A stretch of 63,968 nt of DNA, the filler included, from Piptocephalis cylindrospora (lineage: Eukaryota): the NCBI GenBank assembly GCA_003614145.1. It is 5 parts of 5 records of this genome, joined end to end, with 100 filler letters (N's around TTAATTAATTAA, not from the genome) between each part and the next. Parts side by side here need not be neighbours in the genome. Positions count along the whole stretch, not along the records: positions 1 to 13,192 come from KZ987947.1; 4 more parts are not named here. One strand, written 5' to 3'. A program made the position numbers and the translations under genes. Numbering within the stretch: position 1 is the first letter of the stretch; every line of letters starts with the position of its first letter. Below the pieces are notes generated by a model. The model had not been told where the DNA came from. It was given only the letters and a program-made list of their open reading frames with translations, and did not search any database. Positions 1 through 11,746 of this stretch are shown here, piece after piece.

Positions 1-56
1 TTTATACCCATCCCTGCTCATAGGGATGGGATCATCATCCTCATCCTTCATCCTCT

Positions 57-83
57 GCACACACACACACACACACACACACA
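57..83. repeat. (CA)n microsatellite
   Basis: About 13 CA units read directly. Confidence 0.9.
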
Positions 84-765
84 AACCGTTGTGCGCACAC
101 TCTCCGCGCTATGTGCGCACCTTCACCTCATCCTCATCTCCTCAGTCCGGGCCTTCGTCTTCAGCATGATTCTCCTCATGAAGCACTAAAGGGATGCCCC
201 TCTCATCATTAGGGGTCTCATCCACCACAAAAGTGTTGGGCCACAGCTTACTGTAGACAGGAGAGAAATCCCCATAGTGAGGCCTATAACCGATATCTGA
301 GAATGATGGTGACGAAGGTGATGATGATGGTAGTAACCCCTCGGGCAAAATCTCCCTCCCTGTTTTCCACTCCTCTCTTCTCAATGATCTCTTATGTGGG
401 TTCCACCCACACTGTATGGGCTCTATTTTAAAACATACGCCAATTTTGCAAGAGGGTATCGGTCAACCCATGGGAGAGTGCGTATGCAGCTCTCGATTCT
501 GTGGTGTCGCCACATCCCCTGCCTGAAAAAGGCCGCCTTAACAGCACATGTCATCCCCTCATGGGTCAACATCACCATCAAAGATGGGCCTCGGCTCAAG
601 AAAAGAGTACACTTCTGACTTGGACATTGCATGAGGATAACATATATAAAAGATTCACGGATGGAGGATATCGAGACCATCCATCCTTGAGCACATCCAC
701 CACACACACTGTCCAATCCTTTAGTATACTACATCTCCATCTTTATCATCTGATATCCAGTCAAT

Positions 766-1092
766 ATGCAGCTGCCCACCACTCTTGTCCTCCTTGGGCT
801 CCTTGCCGCTGCCTCTTCCATGGCTGCCCCATCTTATGATGAGAACAGGCAAGAGGCCTCCTATCCCGAGCAGCATGCCTCCTATCCCGAGCATTATGCC
901 TCCTACCCTGAGCATCATGCCTCCTACCCTGATTATCATGCCTCCTATCCCAATGATAACTCGGAAAATCACCTTGTCCGCAGAAGGGTTGGTAGGAGGT
1001 TAATGGCTAAGATTCGTGCCATGGCAGCTCGTAGGAGGGCTGCTAAAGCTGCTGCTGCTAAGCCTCCTTCTCCTGCTGCCGCCGCCACTTAA
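766..1092 (+). CDS. Small secreted prepropeptide (108 aa): signal peptide, 5x ASYP repeats, Kex2-like HLVRR site, cationic C-terminal peptide
   Basis: Intronless ORF. Hydrophobic N-terminus MQLPTTLVLLGLLAAASSMA|AP, in-frame 21-nt repeats, TATATAAA at ~643-650 upstream. Confidence 0.8.
   Translation: MQLPTTLVLLGLLAAASSMAAPSYDENRQEASYPEQHASYPEHYASYPEHHASYPDYHASYPNDNSENHLVRRRVGRRLMAKIRAMAARRRAAKAAAAKPPSPAAAAT
856..960 (+). repeat. In-frame 21-bp tandem repeat x5 (ASYP[E/D/N]xx)
   Basis: Units GCCTCCTAYCCY... start at 856, 877, 898, 919 and 940. Confidence 0.95.
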
Positions 1093-1310
1093 TCGCATCT
1101 ATGTGATCCTCCAGATCCAGGCCATACCGTTTAAAGTCTCCCTTCTCTATGCCACCCCATCCGCATTTATGGCCCCCTCTGATATACTCTCGAACTGTAA
1201 TGGGACACCGTCCATTGGACATCTTCTTAAATTACTGCAAAATACAATGAGAAGCCTTTCCATACATTCATCTCATTCCATACCATATCTTTTAATACAA
1301 TTGCCATAAT

Positions 1311-1381
1311 TATTCTGTAGTACAGTGGTAGAATTGAAGCTTCCCAAGCTTTAACCCCGGATTCGATTCCCGGCGGGCGCA
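1311..1381 (+). tRNA. tRNA-Gly(CCC), probably a pseudogene
   Basis: D loop AGTGGTA; anticodon arm GAAGC-TTCCCAA-GCTTT; T arm CCGGA-TTCGATT-CCCGG; 3' end CGGGCGC-A. The first three acceptor pairs are mismatched and G53 is A. Confidence 0.7.
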
Positions 1382-2912
1382 AGTAAAATTTCAGATACTT
1401 CTCGTAGCCTAGCCGTCTAATATTCATCCTTTAGGTTGCAAGGTTCCAGGTTCGACTCTGAGCGCGTTATCCCTCCCTTGTACTAGGTCAAGTTCAAGAA
1501 CCCCAATGGCACCGTCTCCACTGTTAGTCACCACGTTTCTTGTAGATTCCATAGTCATCTACTACCCCGAGAGGAGATGCGCTAATGGTTTTCTGTAGTG
1601 TCCATTTCAAAAATTACTGTACAGGGCGCGCGTCGGGAACGTTGTTTTTGGTGCCACGCAGGTCGGCCGGATGAGGCAGGTATTGTGTTCGGATGTCTTT
1701 AGCGCCTACCCCACTAGGGAGAATAAAATGGTTTCAACAACAACTGCCGTAATTGTCATGAACAAATGCGATTTTAGAGTAAAATACTGTAATTTTATGT
1801 AGCGAGCCCTTGTATTCAAGAAAAAGGCCTAACATGGTATTGTTGTATATAAAATGGAGATCTAAATCTCACGACGGGATTTGAAGGGCTTAGAATTTGG
1901 CTTTAGGAACATTAATCAGGACTTGGCTCCCTTTGTCTTGAGAAACCTTGGATTGGCATAATGTAACCTAGGGATGCGCTCTTAACCGGAAATTTATTTG
2001 TATCGAGGAGTATCGTAATTAGAGGATGATCCATGAGGAAGAAGGGGAGATAAATGACACGTGTATTCATGAGACTGATGCAAAAGGGGTCGAGTGTCCA
2101 GCTACTTATGCCTTTCTTCTTCACTAAAAGGAGATTCATGGACGAGAGTAGAAGCAGGTAACGATAGAGGGAGAAGAAGGGCCTTGTGAAGAATACAAGG
2201 TGGCTCAAGGGGCAGAGGCTTGGAGTACTTGAACAAGAATCGGGCTGATTTTCCCATTTAGGATAAGGATAAGATTACATGAAGTCCAAGGGTGACCTTG
2301 TTTCTTGTAATATATGGTTGAGGAAGGGACGAGACCGGAATCAACACTCCTTTGTGCATAGTAGGCTCTACCCAACACTATAGATGCGAAAATAATTGAA
2401 AATAATAGGCAACATTTGCCGAACCTGCCTTTCTTCAAACTATCCATTATGCCTTTGTTTCTACTATGATATGATCTAGGGTGAAGTAGATGATGAAGAA
2501 TGTAACGCAAATGTGCTGGGCAAGGTGGGTGAGTATACGAGGAGAAGGCAGCAAAGTATAATAAATGGCCGTGTTTACCGGTACGTTAAGGTAACTTACT
2601 CCCATATCCTTGAGTCATCATAAAATATATGTATTCCGATGATCTGGGATTGGTTTTGTAAATGCCTCCCTTATCTCGTGACAACTCCGCTCCTTGACAG
2701 GCATCGTTCGTTTTACGCATTCCCACACCTTCATATCGTCTGCATTCTTTTCTCTCCCACCGACTCCCCTTTCCCCATCCTTCATCCTCTTCCTTACTTT
2801 TTCCACCTTCATTGCCTCCTATTTTGTATCTTCCGCTAAAAATCCTTTCACTGTGCACATATTCAGCCCCCCTCTCTTGGCCTGTGGACCCAGCAAATCT
2901 ATTGTCAATCTA

Positions 2913-4265
2913 ATGGCCTCCGATTGGGTCATCCCAGTAATTATTCTCCTGGCTACTAGTGCTGGGACCATCCCGGTCCATGCAGCCCTGTACTTTCTTG
3001 CTCGAATTATCGTGAAACGAACACCTAATCAAGTGGATGATGACCTTGTCCTCTATTTGTATGTATACTCTTGGGTTCCACACCTTCTCCTGCTCATGAT
3101 ATCACCATCCGTTCTTGTAGACGCTGGCCAACAATGGCGCTATTCCCGCTTATTGGACTCTTGGTGACTCTACCCTTTCAAAGCTACATGTCAGATGGGG
3201 TAATTGGTGCCATTCGACATGCTGTCATCATCCTGTTGATTGCAGCAGCCACCTGGGTTCTGATCAACTTGGTCCGGGTCTCCTCTCGAGTAGCGACCCG
3301 ACAGGCAAGGGAGACTAGGGAAAAGGATCCTCTGGGCTACCGAAGAGTAGAGACGCAAGTGGTAGTTATCTGTCGGTTGGCCTACACGGTCATCGTCCTC
3401 TTTGCCATCGCCGGGGTTCTAATGACCTTCCCAGCAGCCTGGAGCTATGGGGTGTCTATCCTAGCTAGTGCAGGGGTGGCGGGGCTTATTGTCACCTTGG
3501 CTGCTCGGCCCGGTCTGGAGAATATGATTGCAAGTCTGACCATTGCTCTGTCCCAGCCGATTACATTGGAGGATGAGGTATTGGTAGATGGGGAGCATGG
3601 CTATATCGGTAAGTCTAGATTATGGAGCAGGGTAGACTGAGATAATGACTGACCTCTAGTTTCTTCCAGAGGAAATTACGGCGCAGTTCGTGGTGATTCG
3701 TACGATCGATGAACGCCGTCTCGTCTACCCATTGACTCGATTTACGGGAAGCCCCTTTCAAAACTGGACGAGGACCAAGCTTGAGAAGATGGCTATGGTT
3801 ACCCTGACTCTAGGGCTGAATACAGACCTGGACAAGCTTCGAGAGCGCCTCATCTCTGTTCTTCAGGACTGTACGGATTGGGATAGGAGATCAAGTCATC
3901 TTCAGGTGAGTGCCAATCCTATGAGCGTCAATGTGAGGGGCAGGAGCGATAAAATTCACTGAACTACTTATTGTTAGGTATCTGGCTTCGAAGAGGAAAA
4001 GATGCAAGTGAGGATCATTGCCTCGACGGCCAATGGGACGGCCAAGGCAAGGCTGGAGTGCGCTATCCGGGAAAAACTACTCCCCTTTCTTGTTTCGCCT
4101 CCTACAATCTCCCGTGGATCAAGCAGGACTGATGTGGTTCAGATGAGCGGGCCCTTTGAGAAATTAGGATGGGGGGACGGGACCACCGACCTGGCCTCCA
4201 TGGCATGGCCGCCTGACCCCATCCGACGAAGGCCAGCCTCCATCCTGAAAAATCCCGCAGTTTAA
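2913..4265 (+). CDS. MscS-family small-conductance mechanosensitive channel, bacterial-type (3 introns)
   Basis: ASAGVAGLIVTLAARPGLENMIASLTIALSQPITLEDEVLVDGEHGYI / EEITAQFVVIRTIDERRLVYPL...PFQNWTR matches the MscS TM3/beta-domain pattern. GT-AG introns at ~3059-3120, ~3609-3669, ~3907-3977. Confidence 0.88.
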
Positions 4266-4632
4266 TGATGGATAATGCAATCTTGTGTGGCTTGATGCTA
4301 TAAAGTATATCCATGATTTTTATTGATTATGGGCTACTTTGTAGAAAAGTGTATTACTGTGCTGGTAGAGTGGTCAATGATGATGACTTTCAGAAATCTG
4401 GTGGTGGTGACGGTAAACAGCGAAATGTGTTGGGGAAGTGGCTTCCATGAATCTCTACACTTGGCAGCAGAGATCCAGAAAAAGGTCGTTTAAAAGGTCA
4501 AATTCAAATTCATGAATCTCCCCACGGCCCATGCCACCCAGACATCCCCTTTATTTACACTGGCATACACAGGTTAAAGGCTTTTGGATACATTTCTATC
4601 CTTCTTCCATCCTTTTTTCCCTCCCCCCCATC

Positions 4633-4986
4633 ATGTCCTCCCCTACGAAATGCCCAGTCCCTGGATGTAAACAGCCATTAAGTACGATCCTGGTGGTGAA
4701 TTGCAAGTTTTGCAATCAGAGGTACTGCTCGGCTCATCGACTTCCTGAGGCCCATGCGGAAAAGTGCACGACTAAAGCGCGGGGCCAAGCGCAGACGTCG
4801 TTCAAGCAAACGTCTCAACGAGTACTGGACGCGGAGAAACGACAGCCTGGCGCGACATCCCGTCCTGGGTTCCGGCCCGAGAATCTGCAAGCTGAAGCTC
4901 ATTCCCGGTTACGGAAGAGTATCCAGGAGAAGGAGGCAGCTCGAACTGGGAATAAGCATGGGTCGGGGGGCAAGAAGAAAAAGTAA
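4633..4986 (+). CDS. AN1-type zinc finger protein
   Basis: CPVPGC...CKFCNQRYCSAHRLPEAH..C fits the zf-AN1 pattern. Confidence 0.85.
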   Translation: MSSPTKCPVPGCKQPLSTILVVNCKFCNQRYCSAHRLPEAHAEKCTTKARGQAQTSFKQTSQRVLDAEKRQPGATSRPGFRPENLQAEAHSRLRKSIQEKEAARTGNKHGSGGKKKK

Positions 4987-5651
4987 ATGTGAGCCTTGAT
5001 ACCTCCTATATTTTGGATCAATGTGTCATGCTTTATTGAACCCCCCTTCCTCCCCCCCCTCGGGAACGGAATGGGGTCTTGGAGGAATATTTACCTAGCA
5101 TGATTATCTTTCATTCCCTGCGACAGCTTCTATAGCATTGAGATCGTTATTGTTTACGCCTGCGCATGTCGTCTATTCCTCTAGGAGATTCGCAGTGAAG
5201 CGTCCTTAAGAGTACCTTTTCTACCCTATCTTGGGTACTCACCCTCCCATACATGCTGCTTGGCCCCCTAGTATGGGTAGACCGCAGACTCCCCATTAGT
5301 GTATCTAGGTCTTGCCTAATGAACCCCTCTCCGCTTCTGCCTTTCCCTAGCACAAGGTGGGGATGCAAAGTGTGCGTCTCCCTGGATGGCCAAGACCACT
5401 GGGCATTGGTACTCCGCTGCCCTCTCCGCCCCTTCCCTCCCCTTTTCATCTCTTCTTCCCTCCCCAAGCCTCACACTCTCACAGAAGCACCACTACAGTC
5501 TTGGTCTATTCCTTCCTTCTCCTTCCCTCCACTCCATTTCTTCTTTCCCTCTTCTTCTTATTGCTCCACCCTGAAGGGTCCTACTGTCCTTTCTACCCTT
5601 ACCCTGATCCCCTTCTTCTCCCCGTACCCTTACCTCACTCACTGAAGAACG

Positions 5652-7031
5652 ATGAGCAATTACGGAGACATTCCCCAAGCTTCACTCAGAGGCTATGTCG
5701 GGTTCGATACCCTTCCGACCCAGATCAACAAGAAGCTCATTAAGCGAGGCTTCCAGCTCAATGTCATCCTTGTTGGTAAGTGCTTCTGTGCTCTATAAGG
5801 TGGGTGGGTATACTCGAGAGAGAGAGAGTGGTGCTCATTTCACTTCTTCCTCTTTCCTCCCCTCCCCCCTCACACATTCTTGCTCATACGCATATAGGAG
5901 AGACGGGTCTTGGCAAGTCCACCCTGGTCAATACGCTCTTTGCCTCCCATCTCATTGATAGCAAGGGTCGGACTGCTCCTGAGGAGAGCCCTAGACAAAC
6001 TGTGGAGATTCAGGCTGTTTCCCACAGTAAGTGGCCATTCCTTCCCACTGTGAATGGGCCTTTTATTTTCTTGACAGAATAGGGTACTCATCCATCCCTC
6101 TCCCCCTCGCCTTTTCATCCCCTTTTTAGTGGTGAATGAGAACGGTGTCAAACTCCGTCTCACCATTGTAGACACCCCCGGATTCGGGGATCATGTGAAC
6201 AATGAAGGGTGCTGGGACCCCATTGTCAAGTACATCAAGGATCAACATGCCATTTACCTGAGGAAGGAACTTACGGCCACGCGTGAGCGCTTTGTCCAGG
6301 ATACGCGGATTCACTGCTGTCTCTTCTTCATTGCCCCGACCGGTCATGCTCTTAAGCCCATCGACATCCTCGTTCTTCAAAAGCTGACCGAAGTGGTCAA
6401 TGTGGTCCCAGTGATCGCCAAGAGCGATTCCATGACTCCAGATGAGCGTGAGGCCTTTAAGCAACGGGTAGGCGGTTGATTCTTTCTCTCTCAGGCTGTG
6501 GTGTCTGCCCTGTTCATACTCACTCTACAACACTAGGTCCGTTCAGAGCTGGAATACCACAATATTCGGCTCTTCCCCTTTGTGGATGAGGAGAGCGAGG
6601 AGACGGATCCGGAGGAGATTAGGCTCAACCAGGAGATCCGGGAGCGGGTCCCCTTTGCCATTGTCGGGTCCGAGAGGACCATCACGGTCGGGGGCAAGGA
6701 GGTGATCGGAAGGAAGAACCGATGGGGAGGGATCAATGTGGAGGACCCGACACACTGTGAGTTCATCCATCTTCGCGACTTCCTCACCCGTACCCATCTT
6801 CAGGACTTGATCGAGACCACGGCCCACATTCACTACGAGTCCTTCCGTACCAAGCAGCTCCTGGCCCTGAAGGAGAGTAATGCTAGGTCTCAGAGCCCTA
6901 CGGCACCCTTAAGCAATGGTCCTCCTCAGGCCTCATCTCACGTCAGTCCAGCCTCTGGTCCCACCTATGGATCGGCTCAACAGGGTGTTTCCGGATATAG
7001 TGCCATGAGTGTCCCACCCAATGGGATTTAA
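5652..7031 (+). CDS. CDC10: Septin, Cdc10 group (3 introns)
   Basis: GYVGFDTL, GETGLGKSTLVNTLFASHL, DTPGFGD, AKSD; no C-terminal coiled coil; HYESFRTKQLLALKE. Confidence 0.92.
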
Positions 7032-7341
7032 TGCAGTGTGCGTGAAGAGCGGTAATTTCTAGGGTAGAGGGAGAGAGAAAGGGAGAGAGAAAGGGAGAGG
7101 GGCAGGGCGGGAGTAAAGGGGAGAGGTACTTGATGCTATTGGAAAGAAGAGGACATGATATACGGCTTTTAAGGGAGAATGCGTTCATGAGATCGAGAGG
7201 GAGAGGGAGGGAGGGGACATGGTCCACGCGCTCTCTTAATGTGTGACATTCCACAAGAAGACACTTCATACATCAAGGAAAGGCGGAGAAATTGAAAGTG
7301 GATTACAGCGGATACGACGGACACATTTCCACCCTATCCCC

Positions 7342-7817
7342 CTATCCGGTCATGGAAACCATACGACCAAGAGCCCCGTCAAACTTTTCACATCGAATGG
7401 GCATTTCTGGAGTGTAAAAGGGGTTCTTCATGACAAAGTCGGCGTACAGCTCGTAAACCCGACGCATCTGGTCACTGGCACCCTGATGGGTGGGTTCACA
7501 CAAGAGGAGAATCTTGACGCCCGTCAGGGTTTGGGAGCAGTAAAGGCGGAACGTATCCGTTTCCAAGGCCTCAATCCCTGAGGATGTGTTTAAAGGAGAG
7601 AGTTTTGCGGCAATAGCGTGAACACTACAGGAGAAGAAGGCTTTGAGGATGGGAGGGTGGGGGTATGGTCAAGATAATGAGGTGGGAGAACTTACCCATG
7701 AAAGGTACCTGAGAGGATGAGGTAATCATTGGAAGTGAGCTTGTTGAGTCCGTCGTTAAAGTCGCGTTGAAAGATGAGGCCACCGGCTTTGTTGATCAGA
7801 TAGATGGAGTAGATCAT
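7342..7817 (-). CDS. TRS23: TRAPP complex subunit Trs23/TRAPPC4 (sybindin family, 1 intron)
   Basis: MIYSIYLINKAGGLIFQRDF...SNDYLILSGTFHG and LYCSQTLTGVK...YELYADFVMKNPFYTPEMPIRCEKFD. Confidence 0.93.
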
Positions 7818-8239
7818 GCTGTGGGAGATGAGATATAAAAAGGGGTGGAGAGGAAAGAGGGGGAAGGAGGTGGAGAGGATAGAGGAAAAGGAGATGGCGG
7901 AGTAGAGTGAGCGTGCCCCCTTTTATACCCAGCGGATCCTCTCACACGAACAGCCTGGCATGCTGAGGAGATGGAATGTGTGAGATGGGTCAATGTGCTT
8001 GGACCTCAGTACGAAGGTGAAGGGAAGGCGCTAATACTTTATGGGAAGGATTCTTGACGTGACAGGATAGAATGATCAAATTCATCATCAGAGAAGAGGG
8101 GGATGATGTATTCCTTAGCACCATCCCTCTACCCTTATTCCTACCCCTTCAAAACCCAATATGGATCAAGATCCCTTTGAGGCCATTCCAATGAGCTCCA
8201 AGGGCTCACTAATAGCCATGGCCTTCATCGTCTATCTAC

Positions 8240-9719
8240 TCAAAGTAAGGTGCCATACCTATACATCGCCGAGAACCCGAAAAAAACAAAAATATTAACA
8301 TGTACCATCACCGAGAGAACCAAGAGGAGGAAGAGGAGGTGAGTAAGTAGCCAAGGCCAGCGGAAAGGAGAATGATACCAAGACCGGAAAGGACCAAGGT
8401 CCCTCCATCCCCAACTCCACTCCCACCCTTCCTCTTCCTTCCTTGACGTCCTTTCTTCCTTCTTCTCATCTCCCTGCCTCCTCCTCCACCCATCCCATTT
8501 ACCGTCCCGTAGAAAGACTCATTATCCTTGGCGGATTGAGGGGAAAGTTCAACATACCCGAAAGCCTGCTTAATCCCGTTAAAGTAGTAATGTCTCCAGT
8601 TTTGTCTCGTGCTCTCCTCTTCACCCACCGGCACACCGGTTTGTTCCATGGTAAGGGTGGTGGAGTCGCTTTTTTGATCCAGGGTAATCTTGACCTTGGA
8701 GTAATGGCCTAATGGGTGGATAGGAGGGTGGGTTTAGTCGCTGCTTTTCCCTCACATGTCCTCTTACACTCCTCTACTACGGACCGGCTGGCCAAGATCG
8801 GAACCTCCAGGTCTGGGTGATCTCCTTGCCAGGCACCTGTATAGCAATGTTCCCCCATCCGATTGATGCATTCAAGGGAGATAAGAGTGAGTGCCATATT
8901 CCTGTTTCAGCCATCCAGCTTGGCAGTGATTCTTCTTACCACACGGTCAAGTTTCCCAACGACATTGCCGTCAAAGAGCTCAAAGTCAGATCCTTCAGCT
9001 CCGCTTAGGGTCACGGGGCCCCGGCTCCAGATGCGTGCGCGTCCCTCATCCAGGAAGCATTGGGCAAGGTCATCGGCACTGCAGGTGAAATCAATGACTT
9101 CCTTGACCTTGGTCGTGGACACGGCCTTAGCCTTTTCCTTGTCCCCAGTCCGGATGGCTTCGGCCCCCTTGAGTGTAGGGACGGCCTCCTTGGCGGGGGC
9201 TGGATTGTTAAGGGTGGTGCGACGTAGCTGGTCCTCTGGGATGTGGACATCCTTCCCATGGGCGGCCACAAGATCCTTGGAAAAAACTGAGAGGCGCGAT
9301 CGAAGAGCCTTGGTGAGCTCAAGCCTGACTAGGTGCCTCACATCCTCGGTCTCTCGGGAATCGTTGTGAACGGTGACGTTGAAGACATATTCGTCAAAGT
9401 CGGTGTCGTGCATAGCCTCGGGGATTTCCAGACTGCCAGTGACAGCCTTGCCCGCAGCGGTCTCGGCCTTCCAATTGATGGTGATGGCCAGGTCGTATAG
9501 CGTGATGATCTTGCCCTTTCGCTGATGCAAATCCACATCTCCGGTCACTTTATTCACTTCGGTGGTCTCGGCCCATACGGACGCGTCCTTGGACGACACA
9601 ACCTTGACTCCGGACAGGTTCTGCTCCAGGTAGGTCTTGGCCCAGGGGAAACAGTCCTTTTCCGTCCAATGCCAGTTGTTGACGTTTTTCCAGTTGCTTT
9701 GTTCTTGGTTGGATGCCAT
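8240..9719 (-). CDS. AHA1: Hsp90 ATPase activator Aha1 (3 introns)
   Basis: NVNNWHWTEKDC and QRKGK motifs; AHSA1 domain (ELFDGNV, QTWRFRSWPAGHYS, NWRHYYF..IKQAFG). The spliced terminal exon at 8258-8240 gives ...AFGYGTLL*. Confidence 0.93.
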
Positions 9720-9925
9720 TTTGTTGAGGTTGGGGGTTGGGGGTTGGGAGGTGTATACCGAATAACAGAAACAAGAAAGGACAAGGGGAGTGCGGCGGGG
9801 AGAAGGGAAGAAAGATAGGGTCGGTGGTCTTGGGGTAGAGTTTCACGCGAGATTTATCTCCAGCGTATGCTTGTGTGTGTGTATGTGTGCGTGTGTGTGC
9901 GCCCGCGCTCAGTGTAGGTTGTCCA

Positions 9926-9943
9926 GGATCTTCCAGACGTTTC
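9926..9943. promoter_or_regulatory. Imperfect heat-shock element upstream of AHA1
   Basis: GGAtcTTCcaGACgtTTC approximates alternating nGAAn/nTTCn units, ~210 bp upstream of a chaperone gene. Confidence 0.3.
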
Positions 9944-10166
9944 TACCTGTGGAGGGGGGGACTTGCTGAGCGCCCCCTTCACTTAACCAGGACTGGACTC
10001 TTGGCTTCAAGGTGTGTCAGCATGTGGAGACGTCCAATTTTGCGTGGAGGGATGATGCATGGAGAAGCTATCCTATTTTGTCTAAATTCCCCAGGCTTTG
10101 ATTATCTTCCACCTCGTTGACCCAAAGACCAAGCCTTCTTCCTCCACCTCCTCGCTTGATCATCCT

Positions 10167-11590
10167 ATGCAGCGATCAGGAAATGCCTCGTTCCTTCATA
10201 AATGGGTTTCGGGTCCACGACGTCGACTAGTCTTTCCTGACCTGGGTATTGACCTGGATGGCGCTTGTAAGCTTCACGAGGGCAATGAAATACTCATTTT
10301 CATCGCTGATATTATTAAAGCGTGATAATCAATCCTCGTTAGACATTGACGATCGGTTCCTTGCCTTAAGCTATCCGGCCACCGGGGTATACTCTTTTTA
10401 CCGAAATCCGGTAGGCGAAGTGGTTCGTTTTTTGGAGTCTCAGCATCCTGGGCATTATCAAGTGTATAATCTGTAGGTGATGGGCTTTTCTTTCCTAGTG
10501 GGTTCCATGAAACCAAACTCACTCCCCATCGTCCGGCCTGCTCTAATCGAATCCTAGATGTGACTTTACCCCATATCCATCTACCTCAATCCCTGGAGAG
10601 GGTAAGTCAGGTGTGATTGCAAGGCTTGAGGCATGACTCAAAGCTCGTCCTGCCTCCCTCATCTCATGCCAAGCAAGTTCTACTCTACCCTTGGGCCGAC
10701 CATACTCCTCCCACCTTGGCTATCCTGGTGAAGCTAACCCAGTCGATCATGGAGTATTTGGCCAAGGATGAGAGGAACGTCGCGGTGGTGCACTGCAAAG
10801 CTGGAAAGGGCAGGACGGGCATCATTGCGTGTGCCTACCTTCTAGCGTCTGGATCTTGTCCAAGAGGGGCTCAAGAGGCCATGGATTTGTATGGGGAAAA
10901 AAGGACGACAGATGGGAGGGGGGTCACCATCCGTGGGCAACAAAGGTACCTGCGATACTTGGAGGACATGCTGCTGCATCGTCATTTTGACGTCCACTCT
11001 CTTTTGGAGGATAAGAGGTTGTCTAATCCAAGACCATTTCGCCTTGTCTCCCTCACTCTCACCCTTCCTGCCTCAGCCACCTCCTCTCAGGCTCAGCTCA
11101 TGGGGTCAAAGGTTCGCATGAGTCTGGAGAGGCATTTGCCTAGTGGGCGTATGGAACTTCTTTTTTCTCTCAAGGTATTGAATTTGAGGATGATTTGAAA
11201 GAAAGGCGATGGTATGGTATCTAACTATTCTCTTTCTCCCCCTCCTCCCCCCCTCCCCTTTTGTAGCCGTCCTCTTCCACCTCGGCGAAGCCAAGACGAG
11301 TGATGTGGGAGCACATGGGGAAGGACGAGATGAACTCGTGGATGGATGGAGGGGATGTATGTATCCGTCTTCATAGTCCCCTTTACTGGAGTATATGGTT
11401 ACATACATCATTCCTTCCCTCGATTGGTCCGGCTCAATTCGACGCTGTAAAGGATGTGGACCTCAAGAGCTTTGGAGAAACCTGGGTGATCGGGGAGGGA
11501 GGAAATGGACTACGAGGAGGATATTCTCGGTCCATCTCCCCTGTCGAGGGAACCCATCTTACTCTGAACTACTCGTTTGAAGAGGTGTGA
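10167..11590 (+). CDS. TEP1: PTEN/Tep1-like phosphoinositide 3-phosphatase (several introns)
   Basis: N-terminal VSGPRRR...DLD.AYID; WADHTPP loop; catalytic HCKAGKGRTG; RGVTIRGQQRY; C2-like tail with WLHTSF. Confidence 0.9.
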
Positions 11591-11746
11591 TGGCCAGAGG
11601 GAGAGAGTGTGTGGAAGGCAATGCATTCCTTGAGCCCCGTCTATTCCTGTTCAAATCCGCAACATCATCCATTCATCTTCATCTATCGGCATGCCTGGAA
11701 TACCCACTCCATTCCTCTCACCAAGAAAAACCACTGACTAACGGCA

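Noticed and set aside
142..716. Minus-strand ORFs 142..384 and 423..716
   Set aside because: Non-ATG starts and no recognisable motifs; may be a decayed gene but cannot be supported.
856..960. 21-bp repeats as a CRISPR-like array
   Set aside because: Contiguous in-frame coding repeats without unique spacers, in a eukaryotic gene.
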